Below are positions 50,038-61,311 of a stretch of 64,000 bases of DNA, piece by piece; the first letter of the stretch is position 1; each line of letters begins with the position of its first letter. Origin of the DNA: Octopus vulgaris (taxonomy: Eukaryota); NCBI GenBank assembly GCA_951406725.2, contig OX597838.1:31806001-31870000 (forward strand), written 5' to 3'. Made by a program: the position numbers and the translations under genes. A model generated the notes under the pieces. That model saw only the letters and a list, made by a program, of their open reading frames with translations. It did not search any database and was not told the DNA's origin.

Positions 50038-50150
50038 TAACCTGTCTGTTAATTTGAAAACATTCCACTTAGAGAGCCACCATCAACATCATCATCATCA
50101 AAGATCTGGCACTGAACACATCAACATCTCTGGTTGTTTGTTAATTGAAG
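50038..50150 (+). CDS. BLTP2: BLTP2 exon 9: NLSVNLKTFHLESHHQHHHHQRSGTEHINISGCLLIE
   Basis: gttctgttacag|T ... GAAG|gtgagt; phase 2->1; 113 nt; an in-frame alternative acceptor is possible at 50020. Confidence 0.85.
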
Positions 50151-50305
50151 GTGAGTTCGTTAATATCCCTAATTAGTAATTACAGAATGAGTTCTGATGT
50201 TTCAGTCGAGGACTAATCTTTTTCCCCTTATAGTTTCATCCCCCCCCTCACTCCCCTAACTCCTTGATCTTCATTATATAATCGAAAGGTTGTTCTTTGC
50301 CCTTC

Positions 50306-50449
50306 TCCAGGTTCTCTTACCCTGATGTAATCTCCAGGGATACAGGCATCCAGCAACAGGACCTCCATAATTCCATGATGGACCGTGAAGTCTGGCATAG
50401 CATGGTAAATTCCATTGTCTCGACCACGGTCAAACAATGATGATGATGA
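50306..50449 (+). mobile_element. RTE LINE 3' fragment (family F)
   Basis: Matches the 43352 copy; TSD TTGCCCTTC. Confidence 0.85.
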
Positions 50450-50649
50450 TTGCCCTTCATTTGTTACAGTCTGGCCTGCTGTTTTATGATGTATTTAAAA
50501 AAAAATTTTTATCGTCATCATCATCATCATCATCATCATCACCACCACCACCATCGGCAGTGTTAGCAACTGCTTCCAAGTGAAGTGAAAGTTGTTGCAA
50601 ACAAATTAATATGGCTGTTATTATTAATAGACTTCGTTATTTCGGTGAT

Positions 50650-51180
50650 GTAATGGCAGTCATAGATCAATTGGAAGAGCGTCTTGCAGTATTAATTTCA
50701 ACTGTCTGCAATCTAAGTTCAAATTCCACTGGAGTTCAGTTTTAAGGTGACAAGCTGGCAGAATTGTTATCGCGCTGGATAAAATGCTAAGCAGCCTTTC
50801 TTCTGACTTACGTTCTGAGTTCAAATATCACTGGGATTGACTTTGCCTTTCAACCTTTCTGGGTCAATTAAAATAAGTACTAGTTGAACACTGGGGTTGA
50901 TGTAATTGACTTACCCCTCCTCCAAAATTGCTGGCTTTGTGCCAAAATTTGAAATCATTATTAAAAGACAGTAGTGGATTGGAGAATGGTTGGTCAAAGT
51001 GCCTTGTGATCCCTTATGTTCTGAGTTCAAAATCTGTTGATGGCAATTTTGCCTGTCATCCCCCTAAAAGCAGTGTGATAAAATAGAACATCTGTGTAAA
51101 AATGCCAAAGTGGAACTAATGGAATATTCCACCCATTTCCCTTAGCTGCCTGGCCTTGTGTCTGTAGAAGAAATCAATGT
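50650..51180 (+). mobile_element. About 3 tandem diverged SINE C copies
   Basis: Repeated GTTCAAAT and TTTGCCTTTCA motifs. Confidence 0.7.
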
Positions 51181-51223
51181 TGTTGTTATTAATAATGTTG
51201 TTATTGTTGTTTATTTGTTTCAG

Positions 51224-51288
51224 AGTTCATAGTGACCTCTCCGTCCTCCGAATATGCCCACCTGGAGAAATCCCACCTGAAATTACAG
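51224..51288 (+). CDS. BLTP2: BLTP2 exon 10: (E)FIVTSPSSEYAHLEKSHLKLQ
   Basis: ttatttgtttcag|AG ... CAG|gtgagt; phase 1->0; 65 nt. Confidence 0.88.
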
Positions 51289-51561
51289 GTGAGTATTGTG
51301 TGCAAAGCTAGACACTGGCTACAGCTTGCTTTAGACAGTTCTAGACTTAGACACTGCAAGGTGTCGGGTGACTAATCACAGTGTTCATACTTCAGCATCT
51401 TACCCCAATTACTGATATTACTCAGCTGTGTCTTGAACACCTGTCTCAGAATTTACCTTCAATATTTGGCACAAACACTGATTGTTTATGTTATTCTCTT
51501 TATAAAGAAAATAGAGTTTGTACTTAATTTAAATTATAAAATGTTGTTGTTGTTGTTGTAG

Positions 51562-51743
51562 ATCAATAAAGATCAAAGTTTATTGGATGTGAATGTATCA
51601 ACGTGCCATCTTCATTGGCAATGTGATGAAATGAAAGAATGGGAGTCAATTTTGACTCAGATTCTGTCAAGTTCTGAGAAATCTACCAGACGGCCATCGG
51701 CAGCTCCAAAACTTCCTTCCAGTTCTTCCAAAAAATCTTCTCT
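51562..51743 (+). CDS. BLTP2: BLTP2 exon 11: INKDQSLLDVNVSTCHLHWQCDEMKEWESIL...SKKSS
   Basis: gttgttgtag|ATC ... TCT|gtgagt; phase 0->2; 182 nt. Confidence 0.9.
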
Positions 51744-52736
51744 GTGAGTTTTCAAACTGATTTTTTTTTTTTTAATATTGTTGTGGTTGATTATTTTATA
51801 ACAGTAGGATTGAGGGAGTTGATTGAACAATGGACAAAAATGCCTTGTTGTATTTAGTTATGCCCTTTTACATTCTCTGTTCAAGTCCTATCAAAGTCAA
51901 CTTAGCCTTTCATTCCTCCAGGGTCTATAACATAAGCACCAATTACAAAGTTGACAAATTTTGTTTATGTCCAAAGATTTTTGTATTCTACATTAAACAT
52001 GTTCTCAGTTACACATTTCTAGAATGTTAGTCATTTCTTGCTTGACCATGGTGTTTCCTAGTTTTGCTTTATCTGGACATGTCCACTCCAGTCAAGGCAC
52101 CTCCTTCAATGTCTTACAAACTGAAACTCTTTCTGTATGACAGGGATGTGCCAACTAGCTTCTCAGTGTCCCCATGCCACTGTATTGGAGAATGTGCAGG
52201 ATGAGTTCTATGATGGCATCATCATCTGAAAAAACCATGACATTTTTAGAATCTAAAAATCTACTTCATCCGACATGGGTGTTTGTTGTGTCAAGTAACC
52301 TTTATTGTGTGCATCTAAAAACTTTTGAACACCTTTTTACCTTTCCTTGAAAACAGATGCAGGAACGAGCATGCCAACCTGACTTTCCTCACTTTGAAAG
52401 GTTCTGCTGAGGAAGTATCTGTCATAAAGGAAAATGTTTTAATCCAGCAAGTCAAACGGTTAGATTCAAATACCCAATTAGGCTCACATTTGTTTTCTCA
52501 ATGGTTCGGAAGACACCATTGCAATTGGTGACTTTGCCTAATCAGGGGATACCCTAGGAAAACCGAGGTGAGGTGAGGTGCAATAGAAGAACTCCTGCTG
52601 AAAGCATTAATATTTTTGAAAAACTGTCATGTCTTATCTACCCTGGCTCCTGATGAAGCACCTGTACAACCACCTGATTGAAACAAACTAATGAGCTGTT
52701 TACAGACTCTGTGCTGCATCATTCTCCTTACATTAA

Positions 52737-53264
52737 CCTTCCAGCATTCAGATTATTCTGTCAAATTTAATGCTTATTTATTCAGATTGACCAGTGCCAG
52801 TGGCATGTAAAAGAACCATCTGAATGTGGCTGTTGCCGGCGCCACCTCGACTGGCCTCCGTGCCGGTAGCACGTAAAAATTACCAGCCGATTGTGGTCGT
52901 TGCCAGCCTCACCTGGCACCTGTGCCAGTGGAATGTAAAAAGCACCCACTACACTCACGGAGTGGTTGGTGTTAGGAAGGGCATCCAGCTGTAGAAACAC
53001 TGCCAGATCAGACTGGGCCTTGTGCAGCCTCCTAGCTTCCCAGACCCCAGTCGAACCGTCCAACCCATGCTAGCATGGAAAGAGGACGTTAAACGATGAT
53101 GTTTTGAATCCTGCATTATCTCATAGCTTTGAGATTTCGAGGTTGTGATTGTTTATTTTTAGAATGGTATTGTAGAGTAGGTGTGAGAGGCCAGATCTGA
53201 CCATTTTGAACACACAACAGATAGAATATTCAGGCTGGACAAGGCCAGTTTAAATGCTAAAGGG
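52737..53264. mobile_element. TTAA MITE family D interrupted by a family B 3' end (~52790-53100)
   Basis: MITE halves colinear with 15102-15322. Confidence 0.8.
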
Positions 53265-53349
53265 TGAAAAGATTTATTGAAAGATCTGTTTATATTGAAT
53301 ATGAGGTATTAAAAGGACTACCCTTAAAACTATTGAAATTTTCAGGTAT

Positions 53350-53537
53350 TGTTGTGGCATGTAAGAGCACCCACTACACTCTTGGAGTGGTTACCGTTAG
53401 GAAGGGCATCCAGCTGTAGAAATTTTGCCAGATCAGACTGAGCCCGGAGCAGCCCCTGGCTCTCCAGTCCTCAGTCAAATTGTCCAACCCATGCCAGCAT
53501 GGAAAGCTGACATTAAACGACGAGGATGATGATGATG
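53350..53537 (+). mobile_element. Family B 3' end
   Basis: GCACCCACTACACTC...AAACGACGAGGATGATGAT. Confidence 0.82.
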
Positions 53538-54057
53538 TTCTGATAATATTGTGTTTTTTATTTTGAGCGTAGCAGAGAATGTAATAAAATGTATGTAAAT
53601 TCGTGCTATACTTATAAACATTAATAGAAATGGTTATGGAATCTCTGTGAGATTCTGCAGTTACTACCTGCTATTATTCCTGCTATAAATATCTTTGTGA
53701 ACAGCTGTCTGAAAAGTTCTGTCAGTAAATGTCAGTGGAACATTAAGTAAACTAAAACCTGGTTTAAATCAACTTTCATCTTGGCTTATTCACACTTCAA
53801 TGGCGCTGCATGATGTTCATGTTTATCTCTGTACAATGATGAAGTGAGACAGCTATAACCAGGAAGTGAAATTTGGTTTCACTTAATCAGGTTCTTCCCT
53901 CTATTCCAGCCACATTTTAAGTTCAATCCAAGTAATAGTGACTGTTTTTAACCCCTTTGTTACCGCATATCCATTGAAATACTCTACCTTTGTTTCAATT
54001 CATTTTGAAAATAAGGAAGAATTTGGTAAAATAACTATCATTATTAATCCAGTGTTT

Positions 54058-54288
54058 GGCGGCGAGCTGGCAGACACGTTAGCGCGCCGGGCGAAATGCT
54101 TAGCAGTATTTCGTCTGACGTTCTGTTCTGAGTTCAAATTCCGCCGAGATCGACTTTGCCTTTCATCCTTTCGGGGTCGATAAATAAAGTACCAGTTTCG
54201 CACTGGGGTCGACGTAATCGACTTAATCCGTTTGTCTGTTCTTGTTTGTCCCCTCTATGTTTAGTCCCTTGTGGGCAGTAAAGAAATA
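54058..54288 (+). mobile_element. SINE family C, young
   Basis: Perfect TSD AATCCAGTGTTT(GG). Confidence 0.9.
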
Positions 54289-54349
54289 AATCCAGTGTTT
54301 GGAACATAAATTAACATGAAATTTTGATGGAAGATTTTAATTGAAATCG

Positions 54350-55322
54350 TCTTTTTTTTCCTTTTCTTTCTGCCTTTAACCCTCCAATGCAGAGTATAGG
54401 CCACTTATAATTGAATTCCATGTTGCATAATTTTTTGCTTCTGTACTTATACTCTGCCATGAATGTCCCCCTTTCTCCAATTCCACACCACGAGTTCTTA
54501 GGCCTACCTCTCTTTCTACATCTGTACTTATACTCTGCCATGAATGTCCCCCTTTCTCCAATTCTGCACCACGAGTTCTTAGGCCTACCTCTCTTTCTAC
54601 ATCCCTTCAGTTTCCACTTTAAAGCACTTTTCGCTACATTTGGTTTTTTCTTTTCAAATTGTGTTACCAATCCACTTCCACTTTTTCTTAAATATTTGCT
54701 CCCTAATCGAAACTTGATTTGTTCTTTGCCATAGCTTCATATTGCTTATATGTTCGGTTCATCTAATTTTAAGTATACTACGCAAGCATCTGTTGATGAA
54801 TGATTGTATTTGGATATTTGACTTAACTGTTGTTCGCCATGTCTCAGCCCCATACAATAACGTTAGTGTTAAAAATTCTTATTTTGTTCTTTATTGAAAT
54901 TACACTTGCGCTCCATACTTTCTTCAACAGGTGAAAGGCAGTCCTTGCCTTACTTATTCTCATCTTAATATCTTCATCGGTGCCGCCTGAGAACGTTACT
55001 TTACTACCTAAATACATAAATACATAAACTTGACTACATCCTCTAGTTCACCTGTTTCTAGTTTAATATGTTTGCTTCATTAATGCACATAATTTTTGAT
55101 TTGTTGCGGTTGACTTTCAATCCTAGTTTGGCAGCTATTGCTTCTAATTTTGATGTTTTATTTTGCATTTGGCTATATGTTTGTGAAAGTAACGCTATAT
55201 CATCTGCAAAGTCAAGATCTTCTAGAGTTTCTGCATCTGTCCGTTCAATGCCTGTTTTGCTTTGAATCGTAGTTTCCTTCATAATCCAATCTATAACTAG
55301 TAGAAATAAGAAGGGAGAAAGC
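54350..55322 (-). pseudogene. Disrupted RTE-like LINE fragment (second RTE family)
   Basis: CLLSPFLFLLVIDWIM...LEDLDFADDIALL...GLKVNRNKSK; ALKWK..G.RKRGRPKNSW; 81-nt tandem duplication at 54441-54602. Confidence 0.88.
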
Positions 55323-55388
55323 AGACAGAAAATTTGTATCATGGAGCCATGGGCAGTCTTGAACGGGTTGGTATAAAAAAGGTTTATA

Positions 55389-55622
55389 TGGCGGTGAGCT
55401 GGCAGAATCGTTAGCACGCCGGACGAAATGCGTAGCTGTATTTCGTCTGCCACTACGTTCTGAGTTCAAATTCCGCCAAGGTCGACTTTGCCTTTCATCC
55501 TTTCGGGGTCAATTAAATAAGTACCAGTTATGCACTGGAGTCGATGTAATCAAATTAATATGGAAGTCTGGCCTTGTTTGTCCCCTCTATGTTTAGCCCC
55601 TTGTGGGTAATAAAGAAATAGG
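55389..55622 (+). mobile_element. SINE family C
   Basis: Full length; GGTATAAAAA flanking duplication. Confidence 0.88.
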
Positions 55623-55676
55623 TATAAAAAGGGTTAAGGTAATATGTGTGTGTGGGGGGGGGTGTAACTACATTAA

Positions 55677-56260
55677 CCCCTTACCCGGCAGAAACGAATA
55701 TATGCGTTTTGACCGAAATCGTTTTTTTCTATCTCTGGCGAGTTAACTCGTCAAAAGATAGACTCGCCAAAATCGACAGCAAACGAGTTCCTTTGTCTAT
55801 TATAAACTCTTTTTTGACATATACGAGTATATTCGCTCACTTTATACGTCTGGCAGTGACGATTTCTGCCACCTTTCGCTTGAGTAAGGCATTGAAGACC
55901 GAGTATGATTTAGTCACCTGAAGACAGTCGAAGGGTTGGAAGGCACATTTTATGAATAGAAGTATTCACTTTGTTTTTACGTTGTTTTTTTTATACCTTT
56001 ATATTATAACCCCACCATGTCGATAACCAAATAAAATAACATGATTTTTTTGTAAAAGTAATATGATTTATGAAAAAAACAGGTTAACTCGTTTCTGCCC
56101 AAAGCGGTAATTTAAAATCAATATTATTGAATTAAAATTCATAATAAATAAGGTTTGAAATATACCTCGAAATCACCATTCAAAACATAGTAAAATAAAA
56201 CAATTAAAAAATATGTCTGAAAAAATACATTTATTTTCAAAATAATTGTTGGGTAAGGGG
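55677..56260. mobile_element. piggyBac-type non-autonomous element (584 bp)
   Basis: TTAA|CCCCTTACCC ... GGGTAAGGGG|TTAA; subterminal GGCAGAAACGA / TCGTTTCTGCC. Confidence 0.88.
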
Positions 56261-56814
56261 TTAATTGTACTTTAATGTATCAGACAGGTACTTGTCTGGC
56301 AAGTGATTTCATCTGAGACTGTGAGTTGAAACTAAGACGATTGCAGCATGGAAGGCACTTATCAGTCATTCAAAAACACACAAAGACTTAACTTCACTTG
56401 AATTTCATTATTTGGTATCAAACTTTTTGTTGCACCTGTAGCAACCTGATCACCGACAGGGTTTCACTGTATCTATTATATATAGATCAGTCAATCGAGC
56501 TATATGGATGAGAAAAATACATAACCCTGGAATCTATATATACTGACCAACGATTTGCAGCAGGACCATGTCAATGACCAGGCCACAGTTGATGCAATGA
56601 AATTAGGACACCAAATAATAAATGTTTAAGTGAAATTAAGAGTCTTTGTGTGTTTTTGAATGACTTAAATGTGTCTACCACACGGTAATTGCTATATTTT
56701 AGTGGATTAGAAACAATAGCTGTGAGGTTATGATATTGGACTACAGACATGGTTGTAAGTTCAATCCTTACAGCTACAACCAATGTCCTTGAGTCAGGCA
56801 CATATTTCTCTCTC

Positions 56815-57038
56815 TCTTCTACTCTCTTACTTGTTTCAGTCATGTGACTTTGGCCATGCTGGAGCACCGCCTTTAGTCGAGCAAACTGACCCCAGGACTT
56901 ATTCTTTGTAAGCCTAGTACTTATTCTATCGGTCTCTTTTGCCGAACTGCTAAGTTACAGGAACGTAAACACACCAGCATCGGTTGTCAAGCAATGTTGG
57001 GGGACAAACACAGATACACAACCATATACACACACATG

Positions 57039-57082
<44 letters not shown>

Positions 57083-57232
57083 TACGACAGGCTTCTTTCA
57101 GTTTCCGTCTACCAAATCCACTCACAAGGCTTTGGTTGGCCCTAGGCTATAGTAGAAGACACTTGCCCAAGGTGCCATGCAGTGGGACTGAACCCGGAAC
57201 CATGTGGTTCGTAAGCAAGCTACTTGCCACAC
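56815..57232 (-). mobile_element. SINE family A
   Basis: Near consensus. Confidence 0.87.
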
Positions 57233-57626
57233 CATATTTCTGCTTCTTTTTTTATTTTTTTTTTGTAATCAAAAATATGTTTTCTGAAGTTCACCAGGGG
57301 AAGAGAGTCAGAACTGTTGACTTGTTAGGCCCATAGGGTTGCACTGGGGAGATTGATGTGGCTCAGCCAGTCTTGTGTAAACATCTGCTGGGTTAATAAA
57401 TGAATGTCTGCAGAAAAAACTCGGCTGGGAAGAGAACCAGGGAACCTCCCTGTTTGGATAAAAAAAGCTAATCCCTCATTTAATTCATGGTCGAGTTGTT
57501 AGGAAGGGTGAGCAATTGTTAAAAAGAAAAGAGTTAAATTCTCGCCCTTGTAAGGAAAATATTTAAAAAATATGAAAACAACCTTGTATTACATAATGAA
57601 ATTCTTTTATTTCAATGCTATTCCAG

Positions 57627-57784
57627 ACACCTGCTACTGTCCAGAACTATAAACCACAAAGTCAATCTCGAATTATCCAATGTGTTGTGTGGAATTTCAA
57701 CATATACTTCATCAGGTTTAGTCTTTGGTTTGACACACCTGAAAGCTACCTGGAACTCCAAGAACTCCAAAGTTGGCATTAAAA
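57627..57784 (+). CDS. BLTP2: BLTP2 exon 12: (L)HLLLSRTINHKVNLELSNVLCGISTYTSSGLVFGLTHLKATWNSKNSKVGIK
   Basis: ctattccag|A ... AAAA|gtaaga; phase 2->1; 158 nt. Confidence 0.87.
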
Positions 57785-57873
57785 GTAAGAATTCAAATTT
57801 TATTTGGTTATTTTTACCCCCCACAGACAGTGAATGCAGCAAATAGAGAATGGTTATTTGGAAGTGTTTTGCC

Positions 57874-57917
<44 letters not shown>

Positions 57918-57972
57918 GTGTTAAAGTTGTAAAGAAAAGGTCACACATGATGGCAGACATTACCAGAAATAG

Positions 57973-58157
57973 TCATCGTCGTTTAACATCTGTTTTCCAT
58001 GCTGGCATGGGTTGGACGGTTTGACCGAGGGCTGGCAAGCCAGTAGGCTGCACCAGGCTCCAATCTGATCTGGCAAGGTTTCTATAGCTGGATGCCCTTC
58101 CTAATGCCAACCACTCCGAGAGTGTAGCAGATGTTATTATGTGCCACCGGCATGGGA
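57973..58157 (-). mobile_element. Family B 3' end
   Basis: CATCGTCGTTTAACATC...GGATGCCCTTCCTAATGCC. Confidence 0.82.
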
Positions 58158-58923
58158 CCCAGAAATATATATATTTGTGTGCATGGGCATGCATGCATGT
58201 TTTGTGTGTGTATGTGTGTGTGTGGCTAAATTTCCAGATTTTTTCTCTAGAAGGGACCATGTAGGCATTCCAGCCCAAATCTCAAGTAAAACATCTGAGC
58301 TGGTAACGCTATGAAATGTGTAAACAATAGCAGCTTAGACAAGGTCTCTTGATGATGATGATGATGTTTGGGATAATACAGGTTGAGAAAAGGGCAAAGA
58401 TACTGTACTGTAAACATATCCAGATGATGATGATGATGGTGGTGGTGGCAGTGTGGTGTGGTGATGGTTGCAATGGTAATTGTGAAGTGGGTGTTATATT
58501 TGTGGTGGTGGTGGTGATGTGAGGAAGCCGGTGAGGTTTGTGAAGATTTACAATGCCACTCACCATGGTTCCTTTGTCATCTCATCCACGAGATTTTGTT
58601 GGAAATAACAGCGAAATTCTCTCATGTCTTTAAACATGAAGGACACACTGGACAGTGTAGTCCTAGATGTGCCAAGAGATGAGATGGTCATGGTTGGAAT
58701 ACTTTTGATTGTGGCTGACCTAGGGCTAAACAATGCCATGATGACAATTTAGCATCATCACAGACCAAAAAAGAACAAGGAAGCAAAACCTGGTTTGTCC
58801 ATTCCTTTGTGTTTCTCAATCTACATTGTGTTACAACCCAATAAGAAAGTGTCTATGTGGTCATGCAACCAGCTAGAAACATTAACCAAATCTCCCTCAT
58901 AATCACTGTTGTTAAAGGACATG

Positions 58924-59199
58924 TGTAGTGTGATGGATGAAGAGGACAACAGAAGGAGAAGGAGAAAGAAATACAAACAGGTCTTACCTCGGCGAAAATC
59001 AGAGGTCTCTTACAAATTCGACATGTCCTGTCGCTTCCTCGTCTATGCTCGAACTGCCCGCTTCCGCGATCGCCACATGTGCGTCCCGCTTCCGCTTCCC
59101 CCTGCACATGCACCCTCCAGTCTTCTACCGGCCCCTGCAAGCCCTACTTCCGCCCACCTCATCTGTCATCCTCTCCACCGACACCACAGACACATTGCA
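58924..59199. mobile_element. GC/CpG-rich ~276-bp insert with TG...CA ends (solo LTR or TIR element)
   Basis: TGTAGTGTG / CACATTGCA imperfect inverted ends; no clean TSD. Confidence 0.35.
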
Positions 59200-59342
59200 T
59201 AATGTACCACTCAATATACTATATGTTTTAATATGATTCAGCTAAGTCATGGTTGGACTGTCTTTTACTGTAAATGTACTTGATCAGGGCTGATGTAAGA
59301 CTAAACAACAACTGCAACATTTTCCTTTTCTTTTCTTCACAG

Positions 59343-59506
59343 ATGTTCCAGAATGTTCTTGGCTTGACTGCTATGATGTTTCAGCTGAACTGGATGTCCA
59401 GTCTGTCTATTGTCAACTGGCCACCGTCAAAGTGTCACATGACAGTTTCAACAACAAGAGACATTACTGGGATAACATTGTCTACTTGGGAATTATTATG
59501 ATCCGG
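59343..59506 (+). CDS. BLTP2: BLTP2 exon 13: (N)VPECSWLDCYDVSAELDVQSVYCQ...KRHYWDNIVYLGIIMIR
   Basis: ttttcttcacag|AT ... CGG|gtaacc; phase 1->0; 164 nt. Confidence 0.9.
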
Positions 59507-59741
59507 GTAACCATTTCTTGATTCTTCTGTTAATCAGTCAAAAGAGGACATTTAAGAATAAAGGCCAATTGCTGGTGTTGTCATGTTATCTCCTGTACAG
59601 CAGCACACCTGGTCCCCGCATAAAAAGCACCCATTCCACTTTGTAAAATGGTTGGCAATACAAAGAACTTCCAGGCATAGAAACCATGCCAAAGCAGACA
59701 GTAGAGCTTGGTACTGTCTTCTGACAGCCAGCTCCTGTCAA

Positions 59742-59892
59742 ACCTATTTCTTTACTACCCACAAGGGTCTAAACACAGAGGGGACAAACAAGGACAGACA
59801 AAGGGATTAAGTCGATTACATCGACCCCAGTGCGAAACTGGTACTTTATTTATCGACCAAAGCCTTGTGAGTGGATTTGGTAGACATATATG

Positions 59893-59939
<47 letters not shown>

Positions 59940-60152
59940 ATGTTTGTGTGTCTGTGTTTGTCCCCCTAGCATTGCTTGACAACTGATGCTGGTGTGTTTA
60001 CATTGCTGTCACTTAGCGGTTCAGCAAAAGAGAGCGATAGAATAAGTACTGGGCTTACAAAGAATAAGTCCCGGAGTCGATTTCCTCGACTAAAGGTGGT
60101 GCTCCAGCATGGCCGCAGTCAAATGACTGAAACAAGTAACAGAGTAAAAGAG
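59742..60152. mobile_element. Fused SINE C tail (-) and headless SINE A (+)
   Basis: Junction at shared CGACC near 59854. Confidence 0.8.
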
Positions 60153-60344
60153 TATACACTGTGAATTCTTCATTAAGAAGAGTGTTGTTAAGCAAAGGCA
60201 TACAACCCCTCTTTAGCTTACCTTAATCTTTCTCATTGAAGACAGGGGTTTGTGGGGGAAACTACAGTGGAGAAGTCTACTTGTAAGAGGGGCAGGTTGA
60301 TAAGAGTATTGGGTTTATTTCATGTTTGAAATGATGTCAAATAA

Positions 60345-60366
60345 TACGTGTGTGTATGTCTATGTA

Positions 60367-60403
<37 letters not shown>

Positions 60404-60506
60404 AATGTGGTGTATTATCTCTGTAAGTGTGTGAGTGTCTGATGTGGCATATGAACTTGTATATGAATGTTTCTGCTTGTGTGTATGTGTGTATGCATGA
60501 ATGCTG

Positions 60507-60545
<39 letters not shown>

Positions 60546-60646
60546 TGTGTGTGTGTATGTGTGTTTGCAATGTGGTGTATTTTCTCTGTATGTGTGTGAG
60601 TGTCTGATGTGGCATATGAACTTGTATATGAATGTTTCTTGCTTGT

Positions 60647-60685
<39 letters not shown>

Positions 60686-60783
60686 TTTGTGTGTGTGTGT
60701 GTGTGTGCAATATGTATTTTCTCTGTATGTGTGTGAGTGTCTGATGTGGCATATGAACTTGTATATGAATGTTTCTTGCTTGT

Positions 60784-60824
<41 letters not shown>

Positions 60825-61252
60825 TTTGTGTGTGTGTGTGTGTGCAATATGTATTTTCTCTGTATGTGTGTGAGTGTCTGATGTGGCATATGAACTTGTA
60901 TATGAATGTTTCTTGCTTGTGTGTATGTGTGTATGCATGAATGCTGTAGTGTGTGTGTGTGTGTTTGTGTTTGTGTGTTTGTTTGTGTGTATGTGTGTGT
61001 TTGTTTGTGTGTGTGTGTGTATGTGTGTTTGCAATGTGGTGTATTTTCTCTGTAAGCGTGTGAGTGTCTGATGTGGCATATGAACTTGTATATGAATGTT
61101 TCTGTTTGTGTGTATGTGTGTATGCATGAATGCTGTAGTGTGTTTGTATGTGTGTGTGTGTGCAATGTGTATTTTCTCTGTGTGTGTGTGAGTGTCTGAT
61201 GTGGCATATAAACTTGTGTATGAATGTTTCTTGCTTGTGTGTGTGTGTGTGT
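60345..61252. repeat. (GT)n-rich minisatellite, 6 units of ~130-190 nt
   Basis: Core GAGTGTCTGATGTGGCATATGAACTTGTATATGAATGTTTCT at 60433, 60598, 60735, 60872, 61062, 61190. Confidence 0.92.
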
Positions 61253-61311
61253 ATTCATGGCAACTACCATGCCTCACTCCACACCTTACCCTTATCAATT
61301 TAATATTTCAG

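Larger units (their letters stand above)
53949..55637. mobile_element. TTAA-flanked MITE expanded by three nested insertions
   Basis: TTAACCCCTTTGTTACC ... GGTATAAAAAGGGTTAA with two SINE C copies and a LINE fragment inside. Confidence 0.6.

Noticed and set aside
52060-52225. Possible APE endonuclease relic (QCPH..VQDEFY)
   Set aside because: Match too short and degenerate without a search
60320-61298. 312-316 aa His/Thr-rich ORFs
   Set aside because: Readthrough of the (CA)n-rich minisatellite
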